A DNA stretch of 64,000 bases. Origin: Chrysomallon squamiferum (Eukaryota > Animalia > Mollusca). The notes below the pieces were generated by a model. The model was not told the origin of the DNA. It made no database searches and worked only from the letters and a program-made list of their open reading frames with translations. Location: assembly GCA_012295275.1 (NCBI GenBank), contig CM022671.1:25916001-25980000 (forward strand), read 5' to 3'. A program made the position numbers and the translations under genes. Shown piece by piece: positions 63,708 through 64,000 of the stretch; position 1 is the stretch's first letter; every line of letters begins with the position of its first letter.

Positions 63708-64000
63708 GTAAATATATTTTAGTTTTTTTATTATTCTTGTTGTTTTGTTTAAAAAGAAATAGATGTATCAATCAAGCCTTAGTTTTATAGTGTCAGGAAT
63801 TATTTTCTGCCAAACTAAATTAATCATGGAAATGGTTTATTGTTGTGGATTCTAATCAGTAAAAATCAGAAATTTGTTATGTATTCATACATGTGTAGAC
63901 ATGTGCACACACACACACACACACACACACATACTAACACATGCACAGACACATACTCATTATAGTTGCACTAATGCACATACATGTCCATACATGTATG

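Overview
Very AT-rich, microsatellite-rich eukaryotic genomic DNA from an invertebrate animal; a mollusc or other lophotrochozoan is my inference, not proven. Manual splice reconstruction (GT-AG sites, phase-consistent) supports five intron-containing protein genes. (1) USP19 deubiquitinase, minus strand, 5' part only, running off the left edge. (2) CBLL1/Hakai, plus strand, head-to-head with USP19, with an apparent 1-nt frameshift near its C-terminus. (3) An unrecognised 427-aa protein with an acidic disordered region, a coiled coil and a terminal CaaX (CAIM), sitting next to an RFX X-box/E-box module. (4) STIMATE/TMEM110, minus strand, complete. (5) SFMBT (Scm-like with four MBT domains), plus strand, head-to-head with STIMATE, running off the right edge. 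Other content is local tandem arrays (two of them overlap the STIMATE stop codon and the SFMBT acceptor/start), SINE-like fragments and a decayed coding-like island at about 35.5-36.25 kb. Most short ORFs in the supplied track are microsatellite or AT-rich noise. Family calls rest on my recall of the homologous proteins; no searches were run.
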